Below are positions 1-10,611 of a stretch of DNA of 64,000 nt, piece after piece (within the stretch, counting starts at the first letter, position 1; every line of letters begins with the position of its first letter). The stretch comes from Sphingobacteriales bacterium (GTDB lineage: Bacteria; Bacteroidota; Bacteroidia; Sphingobacteriales; Sphingobacteriaceae), in contig JBBAKN010000004.1 in NCBI GenBank assembly GCA_040403555.1, positions 173,495 to 237,494 on the forward strand. Direction: 5' to 3'. A program made the position numbers and the translations under genes. Below the pieces are notes generated by a model. It was not told the DNA's origin and made no database searches. It saw nothing but the letters and a program-made list of their open reading frames with translations.

Positions 1-710
1 TTTCCACTCCGCACGATTTGCCCCATTTTGAGAAATTATTGGGCGATGGTAAAAACATAGGATGCTCTTTTTCTTATGCTGAACAAGCTGTTCCAAACGG
101 CTTAGCGCAAGCTTTTGTAATTGGAGCCGATTTTATTGGTACCGATGATGTAGCTCTCATTTTAGGCGATAATATTTTCTATGGAGATAGTATGTCCAGT
201 TTAATGCAAGAAAGCACCAAACCCAAGGGAGGGCTTGTTTTTGCTTATCAGGTAGCCGATCCAGAGCGCTATGGCGTAGTAGAGTTTAACGAACGTTTAG
301 AGGCGGTTTCTATTGAAGAAAAACCTAAAACTCCAAAATCAAATTATGCTGTTCCGGGATTATATTTTTACGATAATTCGGTGGTGCAATTGGCAAAAAG
401 TATTCAACCCTCTGCCCGTGGCGAATACGAAATTACCGATATTAATAAGGCCTATTTAGCTCAAGGTAAATTAAAAGTAGGTGTATTAAGTCGCGGTACT
501 GCCTGGTTAGATACCGGCACCTTTGCTTCGCTTATGCAAGCCGGACAGTTTGTTCAAGTAATTGAAGAACGCCAAGGCTTAAAAGTAGGCTGTATTGAAG
601 AAATAGCCTACCAGCAAGGGTTTATCACTAAACAACAATTACTAAGCTTAGCCGAGCCATTACTTAAAAGCGGTTACGGTCAATATCTTTTAAAAATAAG
701 CAAGCAATAA
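1..710 (+). CDS. rfbA: Glucose-1-phosphate thymidylyltransferase, C-terminal ~235 aa; the 5' end lies outside the window
   Basis: The frame is open from the window edge; the track start at 18 is an in-frame TTG. The translation [16 protein letters not shown]...[14 protein letters not shown]...[10 protein letters not shown]...[19 protein letters not shown]...GTAWLDTGT matches RmlA/RfbA nucleotidyltransferases. Confidence 0.85.
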   Translation, partial: STPHDLPHFEKLLGDGKNIGCSFSYAEQAVPNGLAQAFVIGADFIGTDDVALILGDNIFYGDSMSSLMQESTKPKGGLVFAYQVADPERYGVVEFNERLEAVSIEEKPKTPKSNYAVPGLYFYDNSVVQLAKSIQPSARGEYEITDINKAYLAQGKLKVGVLSRGTAWLDTGTFASLMQAGQFVQVIEERQGLKVGCIEEIAYQQGFITKQQLLSLAEPLLKSGYGQYLLKISKQ

Positions 711-730
711 GCTTGGCTCACGATAAACAC

Positions 731-1870
731 ATGAAAAAAGTTGCGTTAATTACAGGTATCACCGGTCAAGATGGGGCCTATTTAGCCGAACTATTATTAA
801 AAAAAGGCTACGAAGTTCATGGTATTAAACGAAGAGCCTCTTCTTTTAATACCGAACGCATTGACCATTTATACCAAGATCAACATGAAGCGAATGTGCT
901 GTTTAAATTGCATTACGGCGATTTAACCGATGCGACCAATTTGATTCGAATTATTCAAGAAACGCAACCCGACGAAATTTATAATTTAGCTGCCCAGAGC
1001 CACGTAAAAGTGAGTTTCGAAACTGCCGAATACACTGCCAATGTAGATGCTGTTGGTCCTTTACGTATTTTAGAAGCGGTGCGTATTTTGGGCTTAACTA
1101 CTAAAACCCGCATTTACCAAGCCTCTACTTCCGAGTTATATGGCTTGGTACAAGCAGTGCCACAGAATGAAACCACGCCTTTTTACCCTCGTTCTCCTTA
1201 TGCAGTAGCTAAATTATACGGCTATTGGATTACGGTTAATTACCGAGAAGCCTATGGCATGTATGCCTGCAATGGTATTTTGTTTAACCACGAGAGTCCG
1301 GTACGTGGCGAAACCTTTGTGACCCGTAAAATTACTAGAGCCGTAGCTAAAATAGCCTTAGGTTTACAAGACACGGTTTATCTGGGAAATCTATCAGCTC
1401 AACGAGATTGGGGGCATGCCAAAGATTATGTAGCAGCCATGTGGCGTATTTTGCAACAAGATGTTGCCGAAGATTATGTAATTGCTACGGGCGTAACCAC
1501 TACCGTACGCGATTTTGTGCGCTTAGCCTTTGAAGAAGTAGGCATTGAAATAGAATTTAGTGGCAAAGGTGAACAAGAAAAAGGGGTAATTATTCATGTG
1601 GATGAAGCTAAATGCAGCGCTCTGGGCCTCAATGCAGAACAATTTAAGTTAGGCACCACGGTAGTAAAAGTAGATCCAGCATATTTCCGCCCTACCGAAG
1701 TAGATGTATTGCTTGGCGACCCATCAAAAGCCAATAAACAGTTAGGATGGAAACCGGAATATGATTTACCAGCCTTAGTAAAAGATATGGTACTTTCCGA
1801 TTTACAGTTAATGAAGAAAGAAGAATACCTTAAAAAAGGCGGTTTTACCACCAATAACTATTATGAATAG
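731..1870 (+). CDS. gmd: GDP-mannose 4,6-dehydratase
   Basis: ATG at 731; the track start at 713 is an upstream TTG. Motifs: [51 protein letters not shown] (YxxxK) and [17 protein letters not shown]. These are typical of Gmd, an SDR-family enzyme. Confidence 0.92.
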   Translation: MKKVALITGITGQDGAYLAELLLKKGYEVHGIKRRASSFNTERIDHLYQDQHEANVLFKLHYGDLTDATNLIRIIQETQPDEIYNLAAQSHVKVSFETAEYTANVDAVGPLRILEAVRILGLTTKTRIYQASTSELYGLVQAVPQNETTPFYPRSPYAVAKLYGYWITVNYREAYGMYACNGILFNHESPVRGETFVTRKITRAVAKIALGLQDTVYLGNLSAQRDWGHAKDYVAAMWRILQQDVAEDYVIATGVTTTVRDFVRLAFEEVGIEIEFSGKGEQEKGVIIHVDEAKCSALGLNAEQFKLGTTVVKVDPAYFRPTEVDVLLGDPSKANKQLGWKPEYDLPALVKDMVLSDLQLMKKEEYLKKGGFTTNNYYE

Positions 1871-1894
1871 GCCTAATTGAGTCTGTTTAAGTAA

Positions 1895-1922
1895 AAGCCA
1901 CGAGCAATCGTGGCTTTTTTAA
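1895..1922 (+). terminator. Intrinsic terminator after gmd
   Basis: Stem agccacga (1896-1903) pairs with tcgtggct (1908-1915) and is followed by tttttt. Confidence 0.8.
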
Positions 1923-2042
1923 TCTTCATCAATTTATATACCTATAAAAACGTATGTTTAAATACGTACCTATTTTATGGTAACTAAAAATAGGTATATG
2001 TAATACATCAAACCTAAAACTAAGAAATTATAAAAAGTAGTG

Positions 2043-3971
2043 CTAAGAAGCGATAGTTTCTGTAGTACGAGCGGTAGCTAAATTTCGTACCGTTTTGGCT
2101 ATACTAGCGGCATCGTAGCCACATTCTGCCCAAAGTTCAGGTTGTTCTCCGTGTTCTACGTAAGAATCTGGAATGCCCAAACGAATTACTTTTGCAGCAT
2201 AATTGTGGTCGGCCATGAATTCCAATACAGCTGAACCCATACCTCCTTGAATACATCCATCTTCTACCGTGATAACTTTCTGGTAGTTTTTAAATACCTC
2301 GTGTAAAAGTTTTTCGTCGAGTGGTTTTACAAAACGGATATCGTAATGAGCTAGGTGTATACCTTCGGCATTGAGTTCTTTGCAGGCCTTTACGGCCTCG
2401 TTTCCAATATGACCAATGCTTAAAATAGCTACTTCTTCACCATCGCAAATTTTTCGGCCTGTTCCTACTTTAATGGCTTTTAAAGGGCGTTTCCATTCGG
2501 GCATTACACCGGTACCACGTGGGTAGCGAATAGAAAAAGGACCCATATTTTCTTGTTGTGCAGTATACATCAGGTTGCGCAATTCTTCCTCGTTCATAGG
2601 AGCCGAAACCACCATGTTTGGAATGCAGCGCATATAGGCCAAATCATACGCACCGTGATGGGTAGGGCCATCGGCACCGGCCAAACCACCGCGATCTAAA
2701 CAAAAAACTACGTTTAGATTTTGTATGGCCACATCATGTATTACTTGATCATATGCTCGTTGCATAAAGCTCGAGTAAATATTGCAGAAAGGCACCAAGC
2801 CTTGCGTAGCTAAACCGGCCGAAAAGGTAACGGCATGCTGTTCGGCAATGCCTACATCAAAGGCTCTATTAGGCATGGCCTTCATCATAATATTTAGCGA
2901 ACAACCCGATGGCATTGCTGGGGTAACACCCATAATTTTAGGGTTTTGCTCTGCTAATTCTACTATGGTATGGCCAAAAACATCTTGGTATTTAGGTGCC
3001 TGTGGTTTATCGCTTACCGATTTTTTGATCTCTCCAGTAATTTTATCAAACAAGCCTGGAGCATGCCATTTGGTTTGGTCCTGCTCTGCTAAGGCATAGC
3101 CTTTACCTTTTACGGTAACGCAATGTAAAAGCTTGGGGCCTGGTATATCTTTTAAATCGTGTAGAATTTTAACCAAATGATTTACATCATGGCCGTCAAT
3201 AGGGCCGAAGTATCTAAAATTGAGTGCTTCAAAGAAATTGCTTTTTTTAAGCAGGGTGCCCTTGATACTTTTTTCAATTTTTTTCACTATTGCGTGGGCA
3301 TTAGGCCCTAGTGATGAAATTTTACTAAGTACTTGAGAAACACCTTCGCGAAAGCTATTATAGGTTTTAGAGGTGGTGATATCGGCCAAATACTCTTTTA
3401 AAGCACCCACATTAGGGTCAATAGACATGCAATTATCATTCAAAATTACCAATACATTGGAATTTTCAATGCCTGCATGGTTTAGCGCTTCAAACGCTAA
3501 GCCTGCTGTTAAAGCACCATCGCCAATTACGGCAACATGCTGTTTAGTGGTATCGCCTTGGTAAACCGATGCAACAGCCATACCCAAGGCAGCCGAAATA
3601 GAAGTAGAAGAGTGGCCTACACCGAAAGTATCGTATTCACTTTCAGAACGCTTCGGAAATCCGCTAATGCCTTTGTACATACGGTTGGTATGAAAATCTT
3701 TTCTACGGCCGGTTAAAATTTTATGACCATAAGCCTGGTGGCCTACATCCCAAACCAATAAATCTTTTGGCGTATTAAGTACATAATGTAAGGCCACACT
3801 CAATTCTACTACACCCAAACTAGCGCCAAAGTGGCCACCATTTACCGATACCACATCAATAATATATTGACGTAGCTCTTGGCAAATTTGTTCCAAGTCC
3901 TTCTCTTCAAATTTCTTTAAATCGGCCGGAAAGTTTATTTGCTCTAGTAATGCACCTGCTTTAATGTCCAT
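2043..3971 (-). CDS. dxs: 1-deoxy-D-xylulose-5-phosphate synthase
   Basis: 642 aa. Contains GGHFGASLGVVELSVALHYV and the ThDP motif GDGALTAGLAFEALNHAG...ILNDN, plus a transketolase-like C-terminal half. Confidence 0.95.
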   Translation of the reverse strand: MDIKAGALLEQINFPADLKKFEEKDLEQICQELRQYIIDVVSVNGGHFGASLGVVELSVALHYVLNTPKDLLVWDVGHQAYGHKILTGRRKDFHTNRMYKGISGFPKRSESEYDTFGVGHSSTSISAALGMAVASVYQGDTTKQHVAVIGDGALTAGLAFEALNHAGIENSNVLVILNDNCMSIDPNVGALKEYLADITTSKTYNSFREGVSQVLSKISSLGPNAHAIVKKIEKSIKGTLLKKSNFFEALNFRYFGPIDGHDVNHLVKILHDLKDIPGPKLLHCVTVKGKGYALAEQDQTKWHAPGLFDKITGEIKKSVSDKPQAPKYQDVFGHTIVELAEQNPKIMGVTPAMPSGCSLNIMMKAMPNRAFDVGIAEQHAVTFSAGLATQGLVPFCNIYSSFMQRAYDQVIHDVAIQNLNVVFCLDRGGLAGADGPTHHGAYDLAYMRCIPNMVVSAPMNEEELRNLMYTAQQENMGPFSIRYPRGTGVMPEWKRPLKAIKVGTGRKICDGEEVAILSIGHIGNEAVKACKELNAEGIHLAHYDIRFVKPLDEKLLHEVFKNYQKVITVEDGCIQGGMGSAVLEFMADHNYAAKVIRLGIPDSYVEHGEQPELWAECGYDAASIAKTVRNLATARTTETIAS

Positions 3972-4077
3972 TTATGGGTTCAGTTTTCAAAAAAATTGAG
4001 TCCACAAAATACAAAAATTTAACACTAAAAATGTCTGAGAATTATATTTTTATTGTAAATGTATTTTTTATGTATTT

Positions 4078-4839
4078 TTGAAATCTGTGATAGCTAATAC
4101 TGAATCTTTTGAGATAAAACTTCCCAAGTTTGAGGGGCCATTTGATTTGTTGCTCTTTTTTATTGAGCGTGACGAGTTGAATATTTACGACATTCCGATT
4201 GCTCAGATTACCGATGATTTTTTGGCCTACATACATGAGCTAAGTTCTCTGAATATGGAGGTAGCTAGCGAATTTATTTACGTGGCCGCTACCTTAATGC
4301 GCATTAAAGCCAAAATGTTATTACCCCGGCAAGAATTAGATGCCGATGGGAACGAAATTGACCATCGCGAAGATTTAGTTCAAAAATTGCTAGAGTATAA
4401 ACGATTTAAGGAAGTAGCTGAAACCTTAAAAACCCTAGAAGATGCTCGATTTTTACAGGAGAAACGAGGGCATATTTCTCAAGATTTAGTGAAAATGATT
4501 GCCGAAACTGCTAATCCAGCCGAGGAATTGGCTTCGCTAGATTTGTATAAACTTTTGCTAAGCTACGAGCGCCTATTGAGCAAATACGAGCTAAGTTCTA
4601 CCGTTGAAGTACATACTGTGCTGCAATACCCCTATACAATTGAAAAGCAAAAACAAGTGATTTTAAGCTTGTTAAGTATTAATAGTAAGATAGATTTTAA
4701 AGCCATACAGGCACAATCGGAGAATAAAGTACAGTTTGTATATAATTTTTTAGCCCTGTTAGAAATGCTACAGCAAGAATTGGCCGATATACAAATAGGC
4801 TTGGGCTACAATAATTTTTGGCTAGAAGTCAAGCATTAA
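4078..4839 (+). CDS. scpA: Segregation and condensation protein A (kleisin)
   Basis: The N-terminus FEIKLPKFEGPFDLLLFFIERDELNIYDIPIAQITDDFLAYI is the ScpA signature. The start is uncertain: TTG at 4078 or GTG at 4087. Confidence 0.85.
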   Translation: MKSVIANTESFEIKLPKFEGPFDLLLFFIERDELNIYDIPIAQITDDFLAYIHELSSLNMEVASEFIYVAATLMRIKAKMLLPRQELDADGNEIDHREDLVQKLLEYKRFKEVAETLKTLEDARFLQEKRGHISQDLVKMIAETANPAEELASLDLYKLLLSYERLLSKYELSSTVEVHTVLQYPYTIEKQKQVILSLLSINSKIDFKAIQAQSENKVQFVYNFLALLEMLQQELADIQIGLGYNNFWLEVKH

Positions 4840-4908
4840 AAAATCTGAAATTTAGCTGTGCTAAATTCGGTTAAATCCGTATTTTTAGCCCGATAATATA
4901 CCCATTTA

Positions 4909-6183
4909 ATGAAAAGAGATAACGTTATTTTCGACCTCATTGCCGAGGAACAAAACCGCCAAGAAACCGGTATTGAACTAATTGCTTCCGAAAACTTTGT
5001 AAGCCCACAAGTAATGGAGGCTGCAGGTTCGGTTTTAACCAATAAATATGCTGAAGGCTTGCCGGGAAAACGCTATTATGGCGGTTGTGAGGTAGTAGAT
5101 GAGGTAGAGGAAATAGCCATTGAACGAGCTAAACAATTGTTTAATGCCGATTGGGTAAATGTACAGCCACACTCGGGCGCACAAGCCAATGCTGCTGTAT
5201 TTTTAGCACTCTTAAAACCGGGCGATTCTATTTTAGGATTCGATTTATCGCACGGGGGGCACTTAACCCACGGTTCGCCGGTAAATTTTTCAGGAAAATA
5301 TTTTAAACCGCATTTTTACGGTGTAGAACGTGAAACGGGTTTAATTGATTATAAACAATTAGAGGCTGTAGCTCGTAAAGAAAAACCCAAGGTAATTATT
5401 TGTGGTGCTTCGGCTTATTCCAGAGAATGGGATTATGCGTTTATTCGTAAAGTAGCCGACGAGATAGGTGCCTTGGTTTTGGCCGACATTTCGCATCCAT
5501 CTGGCTTAATTGCTCGTGGATTGTTGGCCGATCCACTTCCGCATTGTCATGTGGTTAGTACTACTACGCATAAAACCCTTCGTGGGCCACGTGGCGGAAT
5601 GATTATGATGGGAAAAGATTTTGAAAATCCGTTCGGGTTGACGACGCCAAAAGGTGAAATTCGTATGATGTCGTCGGTAATAGATGGAGCGGTTTTTCCA
5701 GGTACCCAAGGTGGTCCTTTAGAGCATATTATTGCTGCAAAAGCTATTGCTTTTGGGGAGGCTTTGAGCGAAAGTTACATGAAATACATTCTTCAAGTGA
5801 AGAAAAATGCAGCAGCTATGGCCAATGCTTTGGTACAGCGTGATTATCAAATCATATCGGGCGGCACCGATAATCATTTAATGTTGCTCGATTTGCGCAA
5901 TAAAAACATTACCGGTAAAGTGGCCGAAGCGGTATTGGGGCAAGCCGGCATTACTGTAAATAAAAACATGGTGCCTTACGATGATAAATCACCTTTTGTT
6001 ACCTCAGGTATACGTTTGGGCACGGCGGCTATTACTACCCGTGGTTTAATAGAAAAAGACATGGAAACCATTGTAGGCTTACTAGACGAAGCTCTTTGTG
6101 CACCGGATAATGAAGCAAATTTAAAACGCCTTGCTACTAAAGTGTCCGATATGATGGGTGCGTACCCCTTGTACAAAGCCTAA
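4909..6183 (+). CDS. glyA: Serine hydroxymethyltransferase
   Basis: 424 aa. Contains [28 protein letters not shown] and the PLP-lysine region [16 protein letters not shown]. Confidence 0.96.
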   Translation: MKRDNVIFDLIAEEQNRQETGIELIASENFVSPQVMEAAGSVLTNKYAEGLPGKRYYGGCEVVDEVEEIAIERAKQLFNADWVNVQPHSGAQANAAVFLALLKPGDSILGFDLSHGGHLTHGSPVNFSGKYFKPHFYGVERETGLIDYKQLEAVARKEKPKVIICGASAYSREWDYAFIRKVADEIGALVLADISHPSGLIARGLLADPLPHCHVVSTTTHKTLRGPRGGMIMMGKDFENPFGLTTPKGEIRMMSSVIDGAVFPGTQGGPLEHIIAAKAIAFGEALSESYMKYILQVKKNAAAMANALVQRDYQIISGGTDNHLMLLDLRNKNITGKVAEAVLGQAGITVNKNMVPYDDKSPFVTSGIRLGTAAITTRGLIEKDMETIVGLLDEALCAPDNEANLKRLATKVSDMMGAYPLYKA

Positions 6184-6196
6184 TTACTAGTCAACA

Positions 6197-6904
6197 TTAT
6201 TCTGCAAAAGCCAGGGCACACACACTTACTTGTACCCTGGCTTTTTCTTGAAGTGTTACTATGCAAGCTTCTAACGTTGCTCCGGTAGTAATTACATCAT
6301 CTACGAGTAAAATGTGTTTCCCTTCTAGTTCTGCTGGGTTTGTTATTTCAAACGCATCTTGTAGGTTTTCATAGCGTGCAAATCTCGATTTTTTTGTTTG
6401 CGTTTCAGTAAACAAGGCCCTTTTTAGCACATTATCTAATACCAAACAGCCCAAACTTTTGCTTAAGCCCTCGGCCAAGCAAGTACTCTGATTATAGCCT
6501 CTACTTTTTAATTTTTTAGGATGTAATGGTACAGGTATCAGGACATCGGGGCGAATAAATGTGACCGATTTAAGTAGTTCTTGCCCATATAATTCGCCCA
6601 TGCGCACTGCCAACTCCGGGCGTTTGTTGTACTTGATGTTATGGAGTAAGTGTTGTACCCTATTTCCTTTACGGAAATGAAGAAAAGCACCTGCCTGTTT
6701 AATGGGCACTCTGCCCCAAAACTGCTTCACTACTTTATTCTCAGCATCTTTATGAAAATTCGTTTTAGGCAAGCTATACAAGCAGGCAAGGCATATTTCT
6801 ACTTCGCCGGGGTAAAGGTTTTTGCCGCAAGCACCACATAATTGGGGGAAAAAGAGTCCGAAAAAATCGCGAAGATACGTAGTTAGGATACCCATATTAG
6901 CCAA
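6197..6904 (-). CDS. comF: ComF family protein (phosphoribosyltransferase domain)
   Basis: N-terminal Cys pairs (CGACG...CLAC) and a C-terminal PRTase motif HILLVDDVITTGATLEA. Confidence 0.8.
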   Translation of the reverse strand: MANMGILTTYLRDFFGLFFPQLCGACGKNLYPGEVEICLACLYSLPKTNFHKDAENKVVKQFWGRVPIKQAGAFLHFRKGNRVQHLLHNIKYNKRPELAVRMGELYGQELLKSVTFIRPDVLIPVPLHPKKLKSRGYNQSTCLAEGLSKSLGCLVLDNVLKRALFTETQTKKSRFARYENLQDAFEITNPAELEGKHILLVDDVITTGATLEACIVTLQEKARVQVSVCALAFAE

Positions 6905-6936
6905 TTGTTTTTAGCTAAAAAGGATTTTTAACGAAA

Positions 6937-7983
6937 TTATTGTTCTTTAATGGCCAACTGCCCGCAAGCAGCATCAATATCCTTACCTCTACTGCGACGA
7001 ATATTGGTAATTATACCTTGGCTTTTTAAGTACTCGGCAAAGGCTTCAATTTTATCCACTTCGGCATTTTTAAAATCAGCTAAGGATATGGGGTTGTATT
7101 CTATGAGGTTTACCTTGCAGGGTACGTGTTTGCAAAAGCGGGCTAATTCTTGCGCATCGCTCAGTTCGTCGTTAAAGTTGTTAAATACAATGTATTCGTA
7201 GGTAACCGGGTTTTTGGTTTTGGCAAAGTAATATTTTAGTGCTTCGGCTAAGGCGCTTAGGCTATTTTGCTCATTAATGGGCATAATTTCATTGCGCTTT
7301 GCATCATTGGCCGCATGTAGGGAGAGGGCCAAATTGCATTTCACCCCGTCATCGCCTAATTTTTTAATCATTTTGGCAATACCTGCCGTAGAAAGGGTAA
7401 TGCGTTTATACGACATGTTTAGCCCATCTTCGGCAGTAATGCGCTCGATAGACCGCAGTACGTTGGCGTAATTTAATAAGGGTTCGCCCATGCCCATATA
7501 TACAATATTTGTGAGTGCAAGGTTATATTGTTGCTCGGCTTGCTTGGCAATTAATACTACTTGATCATAAATTTCGTCGGCATTTAGGTTGCGCTTACGC
7601 TCCATATAACCTGTAGCACAAAATTTACACGTGAGGCTACAACCCACCTGCGAACTGACACAAGCGGTCATACGTTCGGTGGTTGGTATGAGCACCCCTT
7701 CTACTAAGTTTCCATCATACAATTTAAAACTATTTTTTATCGTTCTATCTTCACTGATCTGCGATTGATGAATTTTCACCGCACAAATTTCAAATTGTGC
7801 CTTTAACGTTTCTCTTAACGCTTTTGATAGGTTGCTCATCTCCTCAAAATCCGTGCAGGCTTTTTCCCAGAGCCATTGATATACTTGCTTGGCCCTAAAG
7901 CCAGGCTCGCCGAATGCCATTAATTGCGTTTGCAATTCGGCTAGTGTCAGGCTACGGATATCGATACGTTTGGGTGTTTCCAT
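6937..7983 (-). CDS. rlmN: 23S rRNA/tRNA (adenine-C2)-methyltransferase, radical SAM
   Basis: 348 aa. Contains FRAKQVYQWLW, the radical-SAM motif GCSLTCKFCATG, MGMGEPLLN, and the C-terminal DIDAACGQL. Confidence 0.92.
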   Translation of the reverse strand: METPKRIDIRSLTLAELQTQLMAFGEPGFRAKQVYQWLWEKACTDFEEMSNLSKALRETLKAQFEICAVKIHQSQISEDRTIKNSFKLYDGNLVEGVLIPTTERMTACVSSQVGCSLTCKFCATGYMERKRNLNADEIYDQVVLIAKQAEQQYNLALTNIVYMGMGEPLLNYANVLRSIERITAEDGLNMSYKRITLSTAGIAKMIKKLGDDGVKCNLALSLHAANDAKRNEIMPINEQNSLSALAEALKYYFAKTKNPVTYEYIVFNNFNDELSDAQELARFCKHVPCKVNLIEYNPISLADFKNAEVDKIEAFAEYLKSQGIITNIRRSRGKDIDAACGQLAIKEQ

Positions 7984-8136
7984 GGGTGTACAAACATATT
8001 AATAAAAAAGTTTAACCTTATAAAATCATGCAAATACGTGAAAGAAAACATTTTTATATTATTTTTAAGCGAATTATTAGTATACACAACTCCCCTTTAA
8101 TTAGCTACGACCCAAGCAAAGATGGAGTGAACACTT

Positions 8137-9318
8137 ATGAGCATGCTTAAGTATTTTACTGCAGATTATGTATTACCAGTTTCATCTGCTCCTTTACCCA
8201 AAGGAGTGGTAGTGATGAACGATATTGGAGAAGTAATAGCCCTCTATCCGCACAACCACGCAGAAGTAATGGGTAAGCCCCTTCAACAGTTCAAAGGTAT
8301 TTTGGTTCCGGGTTTTATAAACACCCATTGCCATATAGAATTGGCCCATTTAAAGGGCCAGCTTAAAAAGAAATCGGGGCTAATTGAATTTATTAAGGGC
8401 GTAGTATCCTTACGTAATTTTGATGAAACTGAAATACATGCAGCCATGCAAAAGGCCGACGATGAGATGTATGCAAATGGCATTGTGGCTGTTGGGGATA
8501 TTTCAAATACCTCGATTTCTAACTTGGTAAAAGAAAAAAGCAAAATTTTTTATCACACCTTTATCGAGCTTATTGGTATCCAACCAGAACAAGCAAAAAC
8601 TATTTTTGATGCTGGGAAGGAATTGAAAGGAGCTTTTGGTGATCAATCTGTTTCTATTACTCCGCATGCTCCATATTCGGTAAGTAAAGAATTGGTTCGC
8701 TTAATTGAACATTATTGCAAACATAGGCCAAACTTATTTAGCATACATAACCAAGAGAGCGATGAGGAGAACGAATTTTATCGGTATAAGACCGGTAAAT
8801 TTTTGGATTTGTTCGATTTTTTTAAGCAAGACATTAGTTTTTTAAGGCCCCAAGCTCGAAATTCTTTGCAACATTTTTTCCCATCTTTTCCGAAAAATCA
8901 GCGCATTTTATTGGTTCATAATACGTATACAAGTGCAAAAGATCTCTATTTTGTAAAACGGTTTCCGCAAGAGGTATTTTGGTGTTTTTGCCCAAAAGCC
9001 AATTTATATATTGAAAATAGGTTGCCCAAAGTAGATTTGTTTTTACAAGATCATTTTAAGGTTACACTCGGAACCGACAGTTATGCATCTAACGATAGTT
9101 TATGCATTCTTTCTGAAATAAAAACCTTACACGAGCATTTCCCGCACTTGCAATTAACCGATACTATTAAATGGGCAACGCTCAATGGAGCTCAATACCT
9201 GGGGCTGGATACCTGCTTGGGTACCTTAGAAAAAGGTAAACAACCCGGGCTAAATCTAATTATGTATACACACGAACTTTCGTTAACGCCAAGTTCAACT
9301 ATTAAAAAGCTAGTTTAA
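8137..9318 (+). CDS. Amidohydrolase-superfamily protein (chlorohydrolase/deaminase-like); specific function unknown
   Basis: Contains the metal-binding motif FINTHCHIELAHL, and later GTDSYASND. Confidence 0.6.
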   Translation: MSMLKYFTADYVLPVSSAPLPKGVVVMNDIGEVIALYPHNHAEVMGKPLQQFKGILVPGFINTHCHIELAHLKGQLKKKSGLIEFIKGVVSLRNFDETEIHAAMQKADDEMYANGIVAVGDISNTSISNLVKEKSKIFYHTFIELIGIQPEQAKTIFDAGKELKGAFGDQSVSITPHAPYSVSKELVRLIEHYCKHRPNLFSIHNQESDEENEFYRYKTGKFLDLFDFFKQDISFLRPQARNSLQHFFPSFPKNQRILLVHNTYTSAKDLYFVKRFPQEVFWCFCPKANLYIENRLPKVDLFLQDHFKVTLGTDSYASNDSLCILSEIKTLHEHFPHLQLTDTIKWATLNGAQYLGLDTCLGTLEKGKQPGLNLIMYTHELSLTPSSTIKKLV

Positions 9319-9366
9319 GCGTATTTTAAATTTGGCAGTTTGCTACGAAAGCATCAACTTTACTAG

Positions 9367-10314
9367 GTGAACGCAATACAAAAACTTTTTGCTATTCAAT
9401 ACCCCATTTTACAGGGTGGCTTGGCCTGGTGTAGCGGCTGGCGCTTGGCTTCGGCAGTTTCTAATGCCGGTGGATTAGGCCTTATTGGTGCCGGATCTAT
9501 GTATCCTGATGTGTTGCGTGAACATATCCAAAAATGTAAAAAAGCCACCAATAAACCTTTTGGGGTTAACATTCCTTTACTCTACCCCAATATGGAAGAC
9601 TTGGTGGAGGTAATTTTACAAGAGAAAGTAAAAATTGTATTTAGCTCGGCGGGCAATCCGGCTACATGGACCCCCTTATTTAAGGAAAACCACATGACCG
9701 TAGCCCATGTAGTATCTAACGTGAAATTTGCGCAAAAAGCCGCAGCTTGTGGGGTAGATGCGGTGGTTGCTGAAGGTTTTGAGGCCGGTGGACATAATGG
9801 GCGTGAGGAAACTACTACACTTTGCTTAATTCCGATGGTACGTGAGGCCATTGATTTGCCTTTAGTAGCTGCCGGTGGTATTGCTAGTGGAAAATCGATG
9901 TTGGCTGCCATGGCCCTTGGTGCCGATGGCGTTCAAGTAGGTTCTCGGTTTGCCGTCGCTAAAGAATCATCGGCACACGAAAATTTTAAGCAGGCCGTAT
10001 TAGCCGCACAAGAAGGCGATACCAAACTCCGCTTAAAATCGCTGGTGCCAGTACGTTTATTAAAAAACGATTTTGCGCTTCGGGTAGCCGAGGCAGAGGC
10101 CAATGGGGCAAGCCCTCAAGAATTGGAGGCTTTATTGGGACGTGCTAGAGCTAAAAAAGGCATGTTCGAAGGCGATTTATTTGAAGGAGAGTTGGAGATA
10201 GGCCAAGTATCGGCCATGTTAGACCGAGTAGAATCGGCCGAGGATATTTTACAAGCTATTTGGCAAGAATTTTTAGCAGAAAAAAATCGGTTATCGCAGC
10301 TCGATTTAACTTAA
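9367..10314 (+). CDS. NAD(P)H-dependent flavin oxidoreductase (nitronate monooxygenase / FabK-like family)
   Basis: GTG start. Contains YPILQGGLAWCSG, and GGIASGKSMLAAMALGADGVQVGSRF from the TIM-barrel FMN site. Confidence 0.7.
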   Translation: MNAIQKLFAIQYPILQGGLAWCSGWRLASAVSNAGGLGLIGAGSMYPDVLREHIQKCKKATNKPFGVNIPLLYPNMEDLVEVILQEKVKIVFSSAGNPATWTPLFKENHMTVAHVVSNVKFAQKAAACGVDAVVAEGFEAGGHNGREETTTLCLIPMVREAIDLPLVAAGGIASGKSMLAAMALGADGVQVGSRFAVAKESSAHENFKQAVLAAQEGDTKLRLKSLVPVRLLKNDFALRVAEAEANGASPQELEALLGRARAKKGMFEGDLFEGELEIGQVSAMLDRVESAEDILQAIWQEFLAEKNRLSQLDLT

Positions 10315-10315
10315 C

Positions 10316-10594
10316 ATGAAAAATCTACACATACATATTCGCGGAAAAGTACAATGTGTTTTTTTTAGAGCCAGTACTAAAGCCACTGCCGATTTTTTAG
10401 GAATAAAGGGCTGGGTAAAAAATGTACCCGATGGTAGTGTAGAAATTGAAGCTGAAGGCGATGACTTTGCCCTCGACGAATTTTTAACCTTTTGCAAGCG
10501 TGGTCCAGATGATGCGGTGGTAGAAAAAGTAACGATAGATGAAGTCCAATTGAAAAACTATCGTAATTTTGAATTGCTTAAAAAGTTCTTTTAA
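10316..10594 (+). CDS. acyP: Acylphosphatase
   Basis: 92 aa. HIRGKVQCVFFRASTKATADFLGIKGWVKNVPDGSVEIEAEG matches the acylphosphatase signatures. Confidence 0.85.
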   Translation: MKNLHIHIRGKVQCVFFRASTKATADFLGIKGWVKNVPDGSVEIEAEGDDFALDEFLTFCKRGPDDAVVEKVTIDEVQLKNYRNFELLKKFF

Positions 10595-10611
10595 ACCTAT
10601 AAATCCGAGTA

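Noticed and set aside
4059-4080. Tandem direct repeat tgtattttt/tgtattttt upstream of scpA
   Set aside because: It is a short AT-rich duplication that coincides with a TAttTTTG promoter box and the putative TTG start, so it is most simply promoter sequence.
8025-8150. ~41-codon ORF (MQIRERKHFYIIFKR...) in the rlmN / amidohydrolase divergent spacer
   Set aside because: It is AT-rich promoter DNA. The ORF overlaps the amidohydrolase start in another frame and has no signal or structure to support it.
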